Shown here: positions 24,371 through 37,645 of the stretch, one piece after another
Position numbering within the stretch: the stretch's first letter is position 1
Layout of the letters: every line of letters starts with the position of its first letter
DNA from: Octopus sinensis
Taxonomy: Eukaryota
Length of the DNA stretch: 64,000 bases
Direction of reading: 5' to 3'
Assembly: GCF_006345805.1 (NCBI RefSeq)
Contig: NC_042997.1
Span: 145,514,001-145,578,000, forward strand
The notes under the pieces: model-generated
What the model was told of the DNA's origin: nothing
Database searches by the model: none
What the model saw: only the letters and a program-made list of their open reading frames with translations
Translations under genes and position numbers: made by a program

Positions 24371-26162
24371 TTTTATCTTCTCCAAATATTCCTATCTAGC
24401 TACTGTAATGAAAAGATTGCTTTGCCATGAAGCCGATGCGCCTACCCCCACCACCACTTCCCCGTAGTCAGACAATTATTCATTTTTTCTTCGGTCGGGA
24501 CGTCGGCGACTAAACCGGCAACCCAGCAGAGCTTGCTCTGTGAGGTGGGTGTATGATTCTTGCTATTTTGATACCCTACGGGAAGAAAAACAAGACCTAT
24601 ATAAAGGCTACTGAACTCTTACGAGCCAATGGGCACGGCCAACAAAATAGCATATACCTAAGAGGCAGAAGCAATCATAACGCTTTAACACCCCTTCTAG
24701 GAGGCGGACACTCCAAAAATTAAACCAGGATTACAGGAATCCTATATCTTAGGGTGGAGATCCTCTTAGTGATGGTGTCGTTGAAAAAAATACTGGTGGT
24801 TGTGCAACCTAAAATTCACTAACCCTCATCATGAGTGCTGAAATGTCAAATAAAAATAGAAATGAGAATGGCGTGAATGTGGATGGAACAATCTGTGAAG
24901 GTCTCTCGCCCGGCGGGTGCCCCACGGGTGAGCAGCGTGGGCCCAGTCGTCATCAAGCAACTGCTAAAAGAAGGTGGACGAAAGAAATGAATGTACCTGT
25001 AATGGAGTGCTACTTTCTGGGTAATCTGAGAAACGATGAAGTACCCGCTAGGGGGATATAGGAAAGAATGCACAGGGCATGGAGCAACGGAAGCCTATTT
25101 GAATTAAGTGAGCAAAATCCATGTGACCAAGCTGGAGCCTTCAGAAAGAATGAATGGTTATCTCCAGTTGAACGAGAAAGCATTAAGAGATGGGTGCTTA
25201 GGGATAGTAAGAACAGCGGTGAAAGGAAGGATGAGGAAGAGAATGCAGATAGTGAAACTATGGCAGTAGTGTTAAAGAAAGAAAACGAGCATGAGACTGA
25301 GATTATCGATCAGGAAAGCGATGAGAGAACCGATGAACAAATATCGATTTTAAATGAGATCATTGATATTTGGATCTCTGGTGACCAGAGCTTTGATATG
25401 GGGTTTTAAAAAAGTAGACAGAAAGAAGCTCAATGAATGGACCAGGAAGATAAATATATCACTGGTGATATCAGGAATGATGACATCACAGACACCAACA
25501 ATTTAATAAGTGCAATCTACATCTTTATAGCCCGGAATTTAGGTTTGAAAGCCAAAGGTAAATGTCAACATAACCTGAAGGAACCATAGTGGAAAAGGAA
25601 AATAATGCAGTCTGTTAACGAGACCAGAAAACATTAATATTCTGGAATGGAAAAAAAGAAATGAAGTTCAGCGAGAGAAATATGTTGAGCTAGAGAGGAG
25701 GTATAGGGTGAAGAGAAAGGGAATCAATGTTGTGATTGGGGAATTAAGACAGAGGTTGAAAGCTAAAGCACATAAACTGAAGAAATATGAACAGAGAATT
25801 GAGCAATGCAGATTAAACAGACTTTACATACAAAATCAGAAACAAGTATATCAGGAAGTGAATGGGAAAGTAAAATGTGGAAAAGCCGTACCGTATGCTG
25901 AAGAAAGCAAAAGACTCTGGCCAAACATATGGTCCCAGTAGAAACAACACGAAACTAAAGCAGAGTTGTTAAAGACACTCAAAGTGAAGAGTGGAGAGTA
26001 TCAGCAGGGGATTTGAGAATAACCGAGGTGATGATTAGAGATCAGAGCAGGAAAATTTCTAACTGGAAAGCGCTTGGCCCGATGGGGTTCAGAGCTTTTG
26101 GCTTAAAAACTTGACAGCTCTGCACAGGAGAATTGCGAGACAGATGGACGAAATGCTGAGTA
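24371..26162 (+). mobile_element. R4/Dong-type LINE, 5' portion (5'UTR and decayed ORF up to the start of RT)
   Basis: KRRWTKEMNVPVMECY, EQNPCDQ...KNEWLS, ELRQRLKAKAHKLKKYEQRIEQ...NQKQVYQE, NWKA.GPDGVQ.FWLKNLT; begins right after (AAT)n. Confidence 0.85.
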
Positions 26163-28110
26163 ATGACATTCAGTTTTGCTTGGCAGCCTACTATTTGCAA
26201 GAATGCTCTGGAAGAGAATCTGTAGCGGTTTTGCTAGGGCATTCTTATATGATTTGAGGAGGATTGCGGGAAAAAACCATCAGGACCAGCAGTTGAGTTT
26301 GCGTCCACCTCATCTATGACTAGTAGTATATCTTCTTCGCTAATGTCACTGTAAATCATTGTAGTTGACTCGCTGGTTATAGGTGAGGCGGCAAAGAAAT
26401 CCACTGGTTCGTTCACTTGTCTGTGTTCCAACGGGGTGGTAAAGATACTTTTGAACAGGTCATTCAGTACATCACTGATCCTGGTTGGATTACCTGTGAG
26501 GGAGCCATCTTTTTGGAAGAGGGGTTCTATCTTGCAACGTACTGAGGCTGTTTCTTTCGCATAATTAAAGAAGGCCTTTGGGTGTGAAACAATGTTTTTT
26601 ATGACCCAGGCATCTTTGTCTGTTCTCTCTCACACATAGGATTGTTGCAGGCTTTTTTCAATCTCCATCAGTTTTGTTTTTAAGCGGGACCTTTCACTAC
26701 TTTTGGTATGTTAGTTGAGGCGATTTGTAACTTTCGTTCGTCGTCTAATGAGGATCTTCCTCTCTCTTGGAATCTTGTTCCTTTTTGTGTTGGCCTTGTA
26801 CTCTGGGACATATTTTTGGCATATGGCTTGCATAACAGACATGAAATATTCTAGTTTCATATCAATATCTAGTGTGGAGACATTTCGGCCAGTTCTGTCT
26901 GAGAATCTCTTTTTGGATTGCTCTCCAGTCTGCTTTGTGGAAGTTCAGATTGGAGAGATTTTGGGTGTTTCATTTAGGCCGTATGTCTCTGGTTACTTTT
27001 GGGCCATACATAGACAACTCTGTTATGTTGCGATCCGAGACTAATGTCAGCGTCACTTTCTCACATCATGAACGATGTCCATATTGTTTGTGAAGCGGAG
27101 ATCCAAAATATTATTCGCCCTAGTTGGTCTGAGTACAATTTGCTCCATGATTATGGTACTGGTGAGGTTGAGCAGGGATGCCGCCTGTGTTAGTTTGCAA
27201 TGAGTCATTCCTGAGAGCATGAGGCCTTTGGGCCATTTGACATTGGGGAAGTTGAAATCACCCATAAGAAATACGCTCACGTGGTGTTCCAGTTTCAGGA
27301 GGATTTCTTTAATTCTTGTGAGGCAATATTCAAACTTGTCTATGTGGTTTGGAGCATCCGGTTGGCATTATATATTGCATATGACTATATTGTGCTTCCT
27401 ATGTATACAAGAGTGTCGCATACTGAATTTGTGTATGACAGTAGGACCTGGGGTATGAAGTCATCACGGATGTATGCAGCAACTCCACCATGACTCATTT
27501 CTCTTCTGTCTGTTCGCAGTATGGTATATTTTGGTACATGTATTTCTACATCCTCTATATCAGGGCTCGGATGAGTTTCCACGAGTGCTATGCATAGGGC
27601 TTGATTGCATGCAGCAAGGTCTCTCAGGAAAACAAATTTTGCTTTTGTTGTTATGATGCAATAGGCCTTCACTATTTAGTAAAAATATTGGCGTGACGAC
27701 TATGCAGGCGTTAAGGGATGCCATCTCGTATCTGTTGATTGTGGTGGTGGGCAAGGTTCCTTGCTTGCGCTTGATGTAGCCATGCACAAAAATGACTCTT
27801 GCTCAGCTACTACCTTTCGCATAATTTCTGAAGAGCGCACTGCTTTTGCATATTTTTTCTTTGAAGGCGATTCGTACCTTTCCTCGGGGAAGAATTTCTC
27901 CTTAAGGTCCCTGTAGTTTTGGCGTGATCTCTAGTGAGCAAACTGGCAGTTTGTACCGTCTTCCCCATGCCAACTTGCAGGTCCTCGAGTGCACTTTTTT
28001 TTTGCCAATGCAGAAACCGGTCCATGTGAGTCCATATACTTAGATGTACGTTGGGAGATTTTATTAACCTGATTTGCCTTCGGTTGATTTTTGTAGTTAT
28101 CATCAGTATA
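26163..28110 (-). mobile_element. CR1/Jockey-group LINE relic: ORF1 remnant, APE endonuclease and start of RT
   Basis: ALCIALVETH...YTILRTDRREMSHGGVAAYIRDD, FLMGDFNFPNVKW, PTRANNILDL.FTNN, NSTAGPDGF. Confidence 0.85.
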
Positions 28111-28440
28111 TTTTGGCGATTTAAATAAGAGTTTTGACTGTTATTTCCAGCACGTAAATATACTTAGTATGGCCTTTGATTAATTTTAATTTTAATCCTT
28201 CAGCTATTTAATGCTTTTCTTGGGTCTGTAATCGCCTATATTATTAATTCTGTTATTATCATTTTTTAAAATAGTAATTCCAGATAACACGATTAATAAT
28301 ATCTTAGCAAATTAATTTTTTGAGAATTATTTATTTTCTCGTGAAGAATTGTTTTCCTTTGTATCGAGTATATATATATATATATATATATAATAGAAAT
28401 ATTAAAATTAAGAATGCCATATTAGTATGGCGATAACTAT

Positions 28441-28502
<62 letters not shown>

Positions 28503-28520
28503 ATATGCATGTATATATAC

Positions 28521-29480
28521 ATGTAGATGTAGGTACGTACATATATGTATGTATGTATACATATATTTTATTTATTACACTATTGTATGACTGAGCGCCT
28601 TCGCGTCGATTCGATTCGATTCGTTCCGTTTCGTTTCGTTTTCTCCCTCTCCCAGTACAGTTTTTATATATTATTATGACGCGAAACCCTATACCTCTTT
28701 GCTTAATCTTCCCTTCTCTCCCTTTCTCTCTCTCTCACTCCTCATCTCTCTCACAGCCGTTTGTCTTCCTCTATCTCTCTCTCTTTTTCACTCCTCCTCA
28801 TCTCTCTCACAGCCGGCCAAATACTTCCTTCTGCATGCGGCCTTCTAACTGTAAACACACGGTTTTCTTGCGCTCCTTGAATCTCTCCTCGTCTAGGCAA
28901 AAAAGGCCCTCTTTGGTTGTTTTCTTGTGTGTTTTTATTTCTTGTATTGTATTTTTTTGTAATTGTATTTTTATTTTGTATTTTATTTTGTATTTTATTT
29001 TGTAATTTTATTTGTATCGTTTTTACGTCCTGTTTGTGTCACATTTTGTTCTTTCCTTGTTTTTACCCCTCTGCGAAGTAATTTCCTTTAATTTCTTCGC
29101 AGGAAGGGCTAGTTCGACTAGTCGTATTCTGTCCTCCCCTTCGAAACACGCTGGAGTTGAACTAGGGACAGCTGATGAAGGGAACTTTTCCTTGTGTAGT
29201 TTGTCTAGTGCTCTGTTTTTTCTTTGTAAAAAAAATGGCTCGTTCCATGCTTGTTTTTACGTTTTCGTTCTCGTTGAGTTCTGCGTCTATTTGTGGTGTC
29301 CTGTACTCACGTATATATATTTATATATTCATATATATATATATATACATGTAGATGTAGGTACGTACACATATGTATGTATGTATGCATATATTTTATT
29401 TATTACACTATTGTATGACTGAGCGCCTTCGCGTCGATTCGTTCCGTTTCGTTTCGTTTCTTCTTCTCCCAGTACAGTTT
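28521..29480 (+). repeat. ~140-bp direct repeats (28521-28665 and 29349-29480) bracketing a PLE-like terminal segment
   Basis: atgtagatgtaggtacgtac...ctattgtatgactgagcgccttcgcgtcgattcg...cccagtacagttt is present twice. Confidence 0.8.
29103..29182 (+). ncRNA. Permuted-topology hammerhead-like motif, copy 2 (slightly decayed)
   Basis: CGTAT-T-CTGTCC-tccccttc-GAA-ACACG-14nt-GGGACAG-CTGATGA-AGGG; stem III 4/5, stem I 6 plus wobble. Confidence 0.55.
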
Positions 29481-29767
29481 ATATATATATATATATACAT
29501 ATATATGTATGTATATATGTATATCTATATCTATCTACACACATATATATATATACTACAAAGTAAGATAGAGGTTATGGGTGTAACCCACTATGGGATA
29601 TCATTTATCCAATATACTGTTGGTAAAGTACTCAAATTCTTAATAAATAAATGTCTTTAATTGCAATTTATTTATTTATTTATTGTATTAAAAGGGTGAA
29701 GGTAAAGAAATATTTTTACCGTAAATATATAATACAAATAACATATATATATATGTATGTATGAATG

Positions 29768-29813
<46 letters not shown>

Positions 29814-30399
29814 CATACATAAGCACACGCACGCACATTACGCCCACACAACTCCAAAAAAACCCCCACACACACGCATACACAAATTCACATACACACC
29901 GATACATATACATATACACAATATATGCCTAGACGCGCACACACACATACACATACAGGCACAGACACACACACATACGCACGAACACACACATACACAC
30001 ACACACACTACAAACAAAACACACACACGATACATATACATACACGCACACACACAGATACTTCATTGTACTGACCTGTGGCAGAGACAAAAACACCACT
30101 CCTTATTCTTACAAACTAGCCAGCTACTAGCCTATTGTTTACAGCTACAACCACACACACATACACACACACACACACACACACGTGTCATCATTGCACA
30201 CATACACACACACACGCACACGCAGACCTCCGCGCACGCACACATCCACACTTACACACACATTCCCCCTCCTACATTCCGCTTTCTTTGACCATTATAC
30301 TCTTCTGTCTTTGAAAACTCTTCTGCCTTTGAAAACATCTTTCTTCACTCTTTCTCCTTCTGGTCTTTCAAAATGTGACCCCGTGTGTACCGTTGGCGA

Positions 30400-30552
30400 T
30401 TTTTTTTCCTTTGTCTTCCCTTCTCCTATGTTTCCGACGAAGAGCTCCACTCGAAAGGTTAAACCCTCCTTCTTCCCTTCTTTCCTGAGCGTCCAATAAT
30501 GCTATATTTGTTGCACGTCCTCGCATTGTTGTGTTTTTTTGCGTGTTTTCTT

Positions 30553-30556
<4 letters not shown>
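30400..30556 (+). mobile_element. PLE pseudo-LTR with hammerhead-like motif (30430-30464), left arm of an inverted pair
   Basis: gttt-CCGACGA-A-GAG-ctcca-CTC-GAAA-GGT-T-aaac. Confidence 0.7.
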
Positions 30557-30600
<44 letters not shown>

Positions 30601-30601
<1 letters not shown>

Positions 30602-30760
30602 ATCCAAACAAGAAAACACAAAAAAACACAACAACGCGAGGACGTGGAACAAATATAGTATTATTGGACGCTCAGGAAAGAAGGAGGGTTTAACGTTTCG
30701 AGCGGAGCTCTTCGTCGGAAACATAGGAGAAGGAAAGATCCAGAGAAGGGAAGACAAAGG
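30601..30760 (-). mobile_element. PLE pseudo-LTR with hammerhead-like motif (30688-30722), right arm of an inverted pair
   Basis: Reverse complement gttt-CCGACGA-A-GAG-ctccg-CTC-GAAA-CGT-T-aaac. Confidence 0.7.
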
Positions 30761-30904
30761 AAAAAAAACGTAAATTTATGTTTATATTTATATCCAAATG
30801 CTTGAATATAGTTTCACAACCACGCAGTTTCGAGTTTAGTCTCAGTGTATGGCATCTTCAGGTCCTCTAGTGCCATTAGTTATTACCATTAGGCGTTCCA
30901 CAAA

Positions 30905-31100
30905 GAAATGTATCAAATAATGGTGTTAATGAAGCTGGAACCAAAGGTGAAAGCCTTTCGTCCTGTCGTTGAGCAGCGCAGGCCAGGTCCTCATCCAAAG
31001 ATTTCTTGTAAACAAAGCCAGAGGCAGAGAAGTAGGTGGGATAAGGAGGTAACTGAATGTTGGATTTGGAGTGAACCCAGCAGAAGGGTATTCCGAAAGA
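30905..31100 (+). mobile_element. Isolated N-terminal fragment of an R4/Dong-type ORF
   Basis: NGVNEAGTKGESLS and RSRWDKEVTECWIWSEPSRRVFRKK; DNA nearly identical to 24010-24115. Confidence 0.7.
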
Positions 31101-32557
31101 AATATATAATATCGATGCCGTCGAGTCGACAAAACTTCAAACGTCGTGTGAATTGATTCCAATGTATTATTTCACTATTACTACCAGCGAATATTTCATT
31201 GTACTCGGAGAAATGGAAGATGGGAGAGTAGACTCTATCGGGAGTCGAACTTAGAAAATGAGAAGAAAAGAGCCGAAAGGAATGTTGTAAAGCATTATGT
31301 AACAATACATTATTGTTTCTTGGCCGCTGACCATATTTAGAAATGTATATAGACGTATGAAATCGCGGTAGTTGGTAACATTAAAGAAAATGTTCTTTCT
31401 TTTCATAGAGTCAATGACACGTCTGCAATATATTTGAATTTATGTCGTATATCAATTGCATTTTTCAACAAAGACGTTTATAATGTTTTTTCTTTTTTTT
31501 AGAAAAACTAAAATAAAAAGAAAAGAAATATCATCATGAGTGGTACTTATTCATGAATGACATTTATGAAAACCTGTCTCCTTTGAAAGATATTGAAACA
31601 CCTGCTTTCAATAGTGTAGCTATTTCAATGATGTGATTGGCTGTAACACGAGAGGATATTGCACTGTGATTCCTTTGTATATTACGTAAATTCACTCAAG
31701 TCATAGCGCCGATTTCATGTTTATTCGGTTTTTTTTTATCTAATTTAATTTTTCTTTTAAAATCTGGATTTAATACGCTGAAATACATTTCACAAACTTT
31801 AGATAAAATTTTTTTTTAAATGACAAAAAATATTCACTAACATTACTGATTTCCGATTAATCATAAGAGCCACGCAATCGGAAACATGTTAAGTACACCG
31901 CAGTAAGTTTATTTTATCGATTCTGGAAGGCAAACTCAATCACGACGAAGGGTTAAACTCAGAACTTTGAAGGAGGAACGTTATTTTTAAATACCACAGG
32001 ACATTTTGTCAGATGCTCTAAACGATTCTACCAATCCAATACCCTTAACCTTTAAATAATATTGGCTTAAATAATCACTCAACAAGTTATATTGGTGTCC
32101 GTACACGTCAAATTAGAGCGTTGTTGATAAGGAAAAAATCCATATCGCTTACTGGACGTAAGTGGTTTGTTTGCTAAACGATTTGAGCATTTGCTACGCT
32201 GCAAATAACTCAATGTGTCAGCTTGATACGGCGTCTAAGTTAATAGTTTGGTATTATGTCTCAATAGCTAGTTATATATATGCAAACGTTTGTTCCAATA
32301 ATGATTAATTTGCCACCAAAGATAATATCTATCAATTCAATTGTTACTTGGTAACGGGCTGATATTTCCCCGGCTTTTTACAAATGATATGGGGCGGTTT
32401 GAATACATAGCTTATCTTGATATTTCCTGCTCCCCTAAACGGCTTTAATTATTGACATGAGCAATGAAGCAGTACTAGCATTTATATCAAACACTATGGC
32501 ATATGTGTGCGCACACACACTCACACACAAATATACTTGTACACACACACACACACA

Positions 32558-32648
<91 letters not shown>

Positions 32649-32702
32649 TATACATGTCTATGTGTATATATATATGTATATGTATGTATGTGTATATATA
32701 TT

Positions 32703-32733
<31 letters not shown>

Positions 32734-32756
32734 ATATGTATATATGTATATGTGTA

Positions 32757-32852
<96 letters not shown>

Positions 32853-32853
<1 letters not shown>

Positions 32854-33140
32854 CAGGTCATCCCATAAGTTCTGTCCGATTTTTGAATAAAGAAAACAAG
32901 TGATCAAATGTTATATTTAATTGAAATTTAATCATCAATGTACATTCCCTGATTATATATGACTTCCTTCCATCTATTTACAATCTTTTTAATCCCATCA
33001 ATGTAAAACTATTTTGGTTTCAAAGCGAAGAACACTGAAATGTCATTTTCGACATCCTCCTGGCTTGCGAAAGTTATGTCCCCCAAATGATTCAGTAAAC
33101 TACGAAACAAATGGTAGTCTTAAGGAGCAAAGTTAGAAAA
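32853..33140 (-). mobile_element. Mariner 3' fragment with one TIR
   Basis: TIR-like tcaggtcatcccataagttctgtccg; DYHLFRSLLNHLGDITF...FYIDGIKKIVNRWKEVIYNQGMYIDD*. Confidence 0.85.
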
Positions 33141-33329
33141 ATAAGAATCTGATTCTGAAGGGATGGTTTCGTGAGCTAGCATATGTATTTTAAGTCTAGA
33201 TATTGTCTTACAAGTTTTGTGACATATGGTACAAGTTGTAAGAAGTAGTCAGGTTTCAAGTTTATTACCTGCCTGGACATTTTAATTTTCATGTGACTTC
33301 ATCGTACGCAATACTTATCCAATATTCAC

Positions 33330-34265
33330 TGTTGATTTCGTTTCCAATCGTTCCTTTCCGACAGGCCCTTTTAAGCTCAGTGTTCTGAATCATCCTTTCC
33401 TCCCAGCCGTTGCAACCAATCCTAACAGCACTTCTCTACTTGTTTCGATCCAGAGCATCAGTTTCCCATTCATATCTAGTTTCTTTGGGTTTTCCTTCTC
33501 ACAGTCTTTGTACCTTTTCGTTGGCTTATGTTCTGGTTGCTTACCAGAGCTGAGCTCAATATAAAAATATTAAAAAAACTTTTTGGCAATCGCTCATCTT
33601 TTATTGAAATAACATTTCTAGCTTACCTCGTTTGAGCCAAGTTGATATGTCGTTCAATTGAACTACAACGTGCTATGCACAAAGCTTCTGCATCTGGTGT
33701 GAAATATTCCTACTTGACTCCCACGATACGTCTGAGGCAGTTTTGATGAACTCTCCCCAACAATCTTATGTGACGTCTGTGAGTGGTCCACGTCTCACTC
33801 GAATAAGGAAGTGTGGTCAAAACAGACGTTTTATAGACACTGATTTTTGTCTGCAAGGAAATACCTCTATCCACCTATGCTCGCTTTTCTAACTTTCGAA
33901 ATGCAACATTTCCCTTTCCCTATTCTCTTTACAGGGAGCGTCCAAGGTAAACAAAAGTGTCAATGATTTCTAACTTTATTTCAACCACAAAAACGTTTGG
34001 TTCAGAACAGGTTTGTTCAAGTGCGAGAGTAAACATTACCTTGGTTTTTTCCCAGGACTAATTGTGACTACAAAATATACACATGCAGAGGAAAATCTGT
34101 CCTTTATCTGTTGCATATCCTCTTCTGAGTGCGCCAAAAAATTGGCATCATCAGGATAAAGCAATTCTCTGACAAGTGTTTTGAAAGTCTTTGCTTTGCA
34201 GGTAAACCGGGTAACACTAAAAATGTGACCAGGTATCTGAAAATTCGTGTGATAATTCACCATTA
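33330..34265 (-). mobile_element. RTE-clade LINE 3' relic (RT and C-terminal region)
   Basis: VRELLYPDDANFLAHSEEDMQ, TKVM, FVYLG, RGISLQTKISVYK...SETWT.HRRH...HQNCLRRI, KRYKDC. Confidence 0.85.
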
Positions 34266-34672
34266 AAGACTACCTGAGATTTTGTTTCTATGTAGTTCCT
34301 TAAAGATGCGTACAAGCAAGTCCGATGGGGATACCAGTTTAGTCGCCGACCATGCAATAAGTTGTACTGGGTTACATGCTACCGGTAGCGGTCAAGAGTG
34401 ACCTGACAATACATACACACACACACACACACATGTATATATATATGCGTAATTTCTCACCTCCCGACATTTTTCTCCCTTTTGTTTCTCTCGTATTCTA
34501 TATCCTTTCAAAATCCCCCCCCCCCCCCAGGCGTTACCCATTACAATTCGTCTTGGTCTAACTGCCCTTAATGTTTGTCTTCATCAATTGTTTACACTGT
34601 ACGTCCACTCTGTCGTTGTTTGTTCTTTCGAAGCTCTAACTCTCCAGAAATTTTATATTTTGAAAATTTCTG

Positions 34673-34757
34673 GATGCTGCTGTTCTATGAAGTTTTCCTA
34701 TATTGTCGTTGAAAGCTCGAAATAGGGAATAATTAACAGTCGACAACTGAGGAGGGG
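34673..34757 (+). ncRNA. Permuted-topology hammerhead-like motif, copy 3 (inside PLE-like fragment ~34480-34930)
   Basis: TTTCCTAT-A-TTGTCG-ttgaaagctc-GAA-ATAGGGAA-11nt-CGACAA-CTGAGGA-GGGG; stem III 8 bp, stem I 6/6, AUA site. Confidence 0.65.
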
Positions 34758-35572
34758 TTTGACGTCTTTTGGTATTTTGTCTCGTACTTTCCTCTCATTA
34801 TGTGTTTACGTATTTTTCACACGTTGGTGACGTCCTGTTCTTGTATATTTTTTGGTAATTCGTCCTGTACTTATCGCTCGTGTGTCTACATAGTTTTCAC
34901 TCGTCGGTGATGCCCTGTACTTGATGCATTTTACATGTGCGTGTGTATGTGTATTGCACAACTAATTGTGAATATGACCTGAAATGAATTATAAATATGG
35001 GAATATCTTAGCTAGTATAATTTAGGTAGTAAATGTCAACTACATCACTTCTATACTTTCAATGTGAAAACAAAATTGAAACCAGAACAATCGTACTGTT
35101 TCGTAGTTAGTTGGACCCATCTTAAAGGAGGCGTACTCGATTTCCTTCACCAATGGAAATTGTGGAGTATTTTCCTGCAAAATATAGGAATCAGTGGATA
35201 ACTTAATTTGCATACTTATGGTCTTGACGGCTCATCATTAATTATTGAATATATATTCATAACAGGACGGAGAGGGGTTACCAGAAGGACGGAAGTATTT
35301 AGGATTGTGTTTCTTTTGTAGGCTCAAAGGAAATTAGATTTTGATTAGAACGTCCTTATTCGCGAAATCATGGTTGATCATAAAATAAATTATCTTTCCA
35401 AGTAAAGAATTTGATATTTACATATCATATCCCGGCCGATGCACATATTTTGACCGATAGAATAAGAACTAGGCTTACAATGAATAAGTCCTGGAATCGA
35501 TTTGCTCGACTAAAGGCGGTGCTACAGCATGGCCACAGTCACATGAATGAAACAAGTAAAAGAGTAATAGAG

Positions 35573-35900
35573 TATACCGCGGTGAGCCTGCAGAATCGTT
35601 GGCACACCAGACTAATTGCTTAACGGCATTTCGTCCGTCTTTTTACATTCTGATATCAAGTTCTGTCGAGGTCGACTCTACCTTTTATCCTTTTGAGGTT
35701 GATAAAGTATCATTGAGCACTGAGGTCAACGCAACCGACTTACCCCTTCCTGAAATTGCTGACCTTGTAATGAAAATTGAAACCATTATCGTTATTATTA
35801 CTACCGAGGTCAACTTTCTTTCATCCTTTCGGGGTCAATGTAATCGACTTAATCTCTCTCCTGAAATTACTGGCCTAGTGCCAAAATTTGATTCCATCAT
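35573..35900 (+). mobile_element. Diverged SINE family A-related copy
   Basis: gtcgaggtcgactctaccttttatccttttgaggttgataaa core, with repeated 3' parts. Confidence 0.6.
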
Positions 35901-36789
35901 TTACTTATAATGGTTATATGATTATATGCATCCATCAGCCAAATAGGGAGAGCTATTATTTAACTATGGTGATTTGTCACCATTTTTATCTTGAGCGAGC
36001 ATTTTCTTTCCTTCACAAAATGCAGTGAAAAGTTTTTACAGGTTCAAAAATCTCTCAAGCAAACTTGAACTGATTTTAAAATTATTTACTCTCAGTTACT
36101 GCTTCACCCATCTAATCATGAATCTGTGTATTTATGTATAATTTAATGAAAGTAATATAGAGTTGTGAAATTACAAAGTTTTGAAATTATATAAGATAGG
36201 ATATGATAATCAGATATTATAAGAATATTATTAAATTTGTTAAGTCTACCGTCGATGTATTAGAATAAAAACAGATTACGAAAATAATGAGAAATTATAA
36301 CATTTATTAAACTATATTAAACTATATTAAACTAATTTAATAATATTATTCTACTCTAGTAGTGGAAGTAATATTATTAACTTTAACATAGGTGCAAGCA
36401 TACCTGTATGGTTAAGAAGATCTCATTGTAACCAGGCAGTTTTAGACTCCGTCTCACTGCATGGTATTCGATCGGATTTAAATTGGAACTTTGAGTTGGC
36501 CACTCCATGGGAACAATACCATTTGAGTCAAACCATTGACGAGTATTCTTTGCTGTATGACACGGGGTGTTGTTCTGTTAAAAGATAACACTGTGTTTCG
36601 ACACTCCTGGATGCAATTTAGTAATTAATGGCTCTAAAGTGTATTCTAATTCCCTTGGACTGACCAATACCTTGTGAGAGAATTTGGTAGATGGACTCTA
36701 TGAAGAAGCCCATTATATGATACCCCATCGTAGCTACATCTCAAGTGAAGGATAAAGATAAACTGCGGACATGCTGGGGCTCCACCAGG

Positions 36790-37645
36790 AAAGGTGTTAG
36801 TCGAGCAAATAGATCCCAGGACATACTTCTTTATGTCTAGTACTGATTTTATCGGTCTTTTTTGCCGAATCGCTAAGTTACGGGGACGTAAACACACCGA
36901 GCAGTGTGTGGGACAAACACACATACACATACACACACACGCGCACACACACATAGATACATCTATATATATATATAGAGAGAGAGAAGTCATTTTTCTG
37001 TTTCCATCTACCAGATCCACTCACAAGGTTTGGTCGGCCCGAGGCTACAGTAAAAGACACTCAACCAAGGTGCCAGGTAGTGGGACTTAACCTGGAACCA
37101 TGTGGTTGAGAAGCTAGTTTCTTATTTTTTTATTTCCCACAAAGGGCTAAACATAGAGGGGACAAAGAAGGACAGGCAAAGGGATTAAGTCGATTACACC
37201 GACCCCAGTGCGTAACTGGTACTTTATTTATCAACCCCGAATGATGAAAGGCAAAGTCGACTTCGACGGAATTTGAACTCAGAACGTAACGGCAGACGAA
37301 ATACTTATTTCTTTACTACCCGCAAGGGGCTAAACACAGAGAGAACAAACAAGGACAGACAAACGGATTAATCGATTATATCAACCACAGTGCGTAACTG
37401 GTACTTAATTTATCGACCCCGAAGGATGAAAGGCAAAGTCAACCTCGGCGGAATTTGAACCCAGAACGTAACGGCAGACAAAATACGGCGACGCATTTCA
37501 CCCAGCGTGCTAACGTTTTTGCCAGCTCGCCGCCTTGAAGGCAAAGTCGACCTCAGCGGAATTTGAACTCAGAACGTAGTGGCAGACAAAATACTGCTAA
37601 GCTTTTCGCCCGGCGTGCTAATGTTTCTGCCAGTTCGCCGCCTTA
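36790..37645 (-). mobile_element. SINE family D copy (36790-37120) adjacent to a multimeric SINE family A copy (37125-37645)
   Basis: Direct similarity to the reference copies; dimer junction at ~37295. Confidence 0.85.

Noticed and set aside
24420-24600. HDV-like ribozyme at the Dong-type 5' end
   Set aside because: P3/L3/P1.1/J4-2 could not be placed with correct spacing; kept only as a generic pseudoknot candidate.
29137-29182. Reading the GAAA...CTGATGA motifs as ordinary type II hammerheads
   Set aside because: No stem III or stem I hairpins form between GAAA and CTGANGA in any copy; both partners lie upstream of GAAA.
31409-31446. Possible exon after a good acceptor (VNDTSAIYLNLC) that would bridge phase 2 to phase 1
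   Set aside because: The only suitable donor (gtatat) is weak, and fitting phases after the fact is not evidence.
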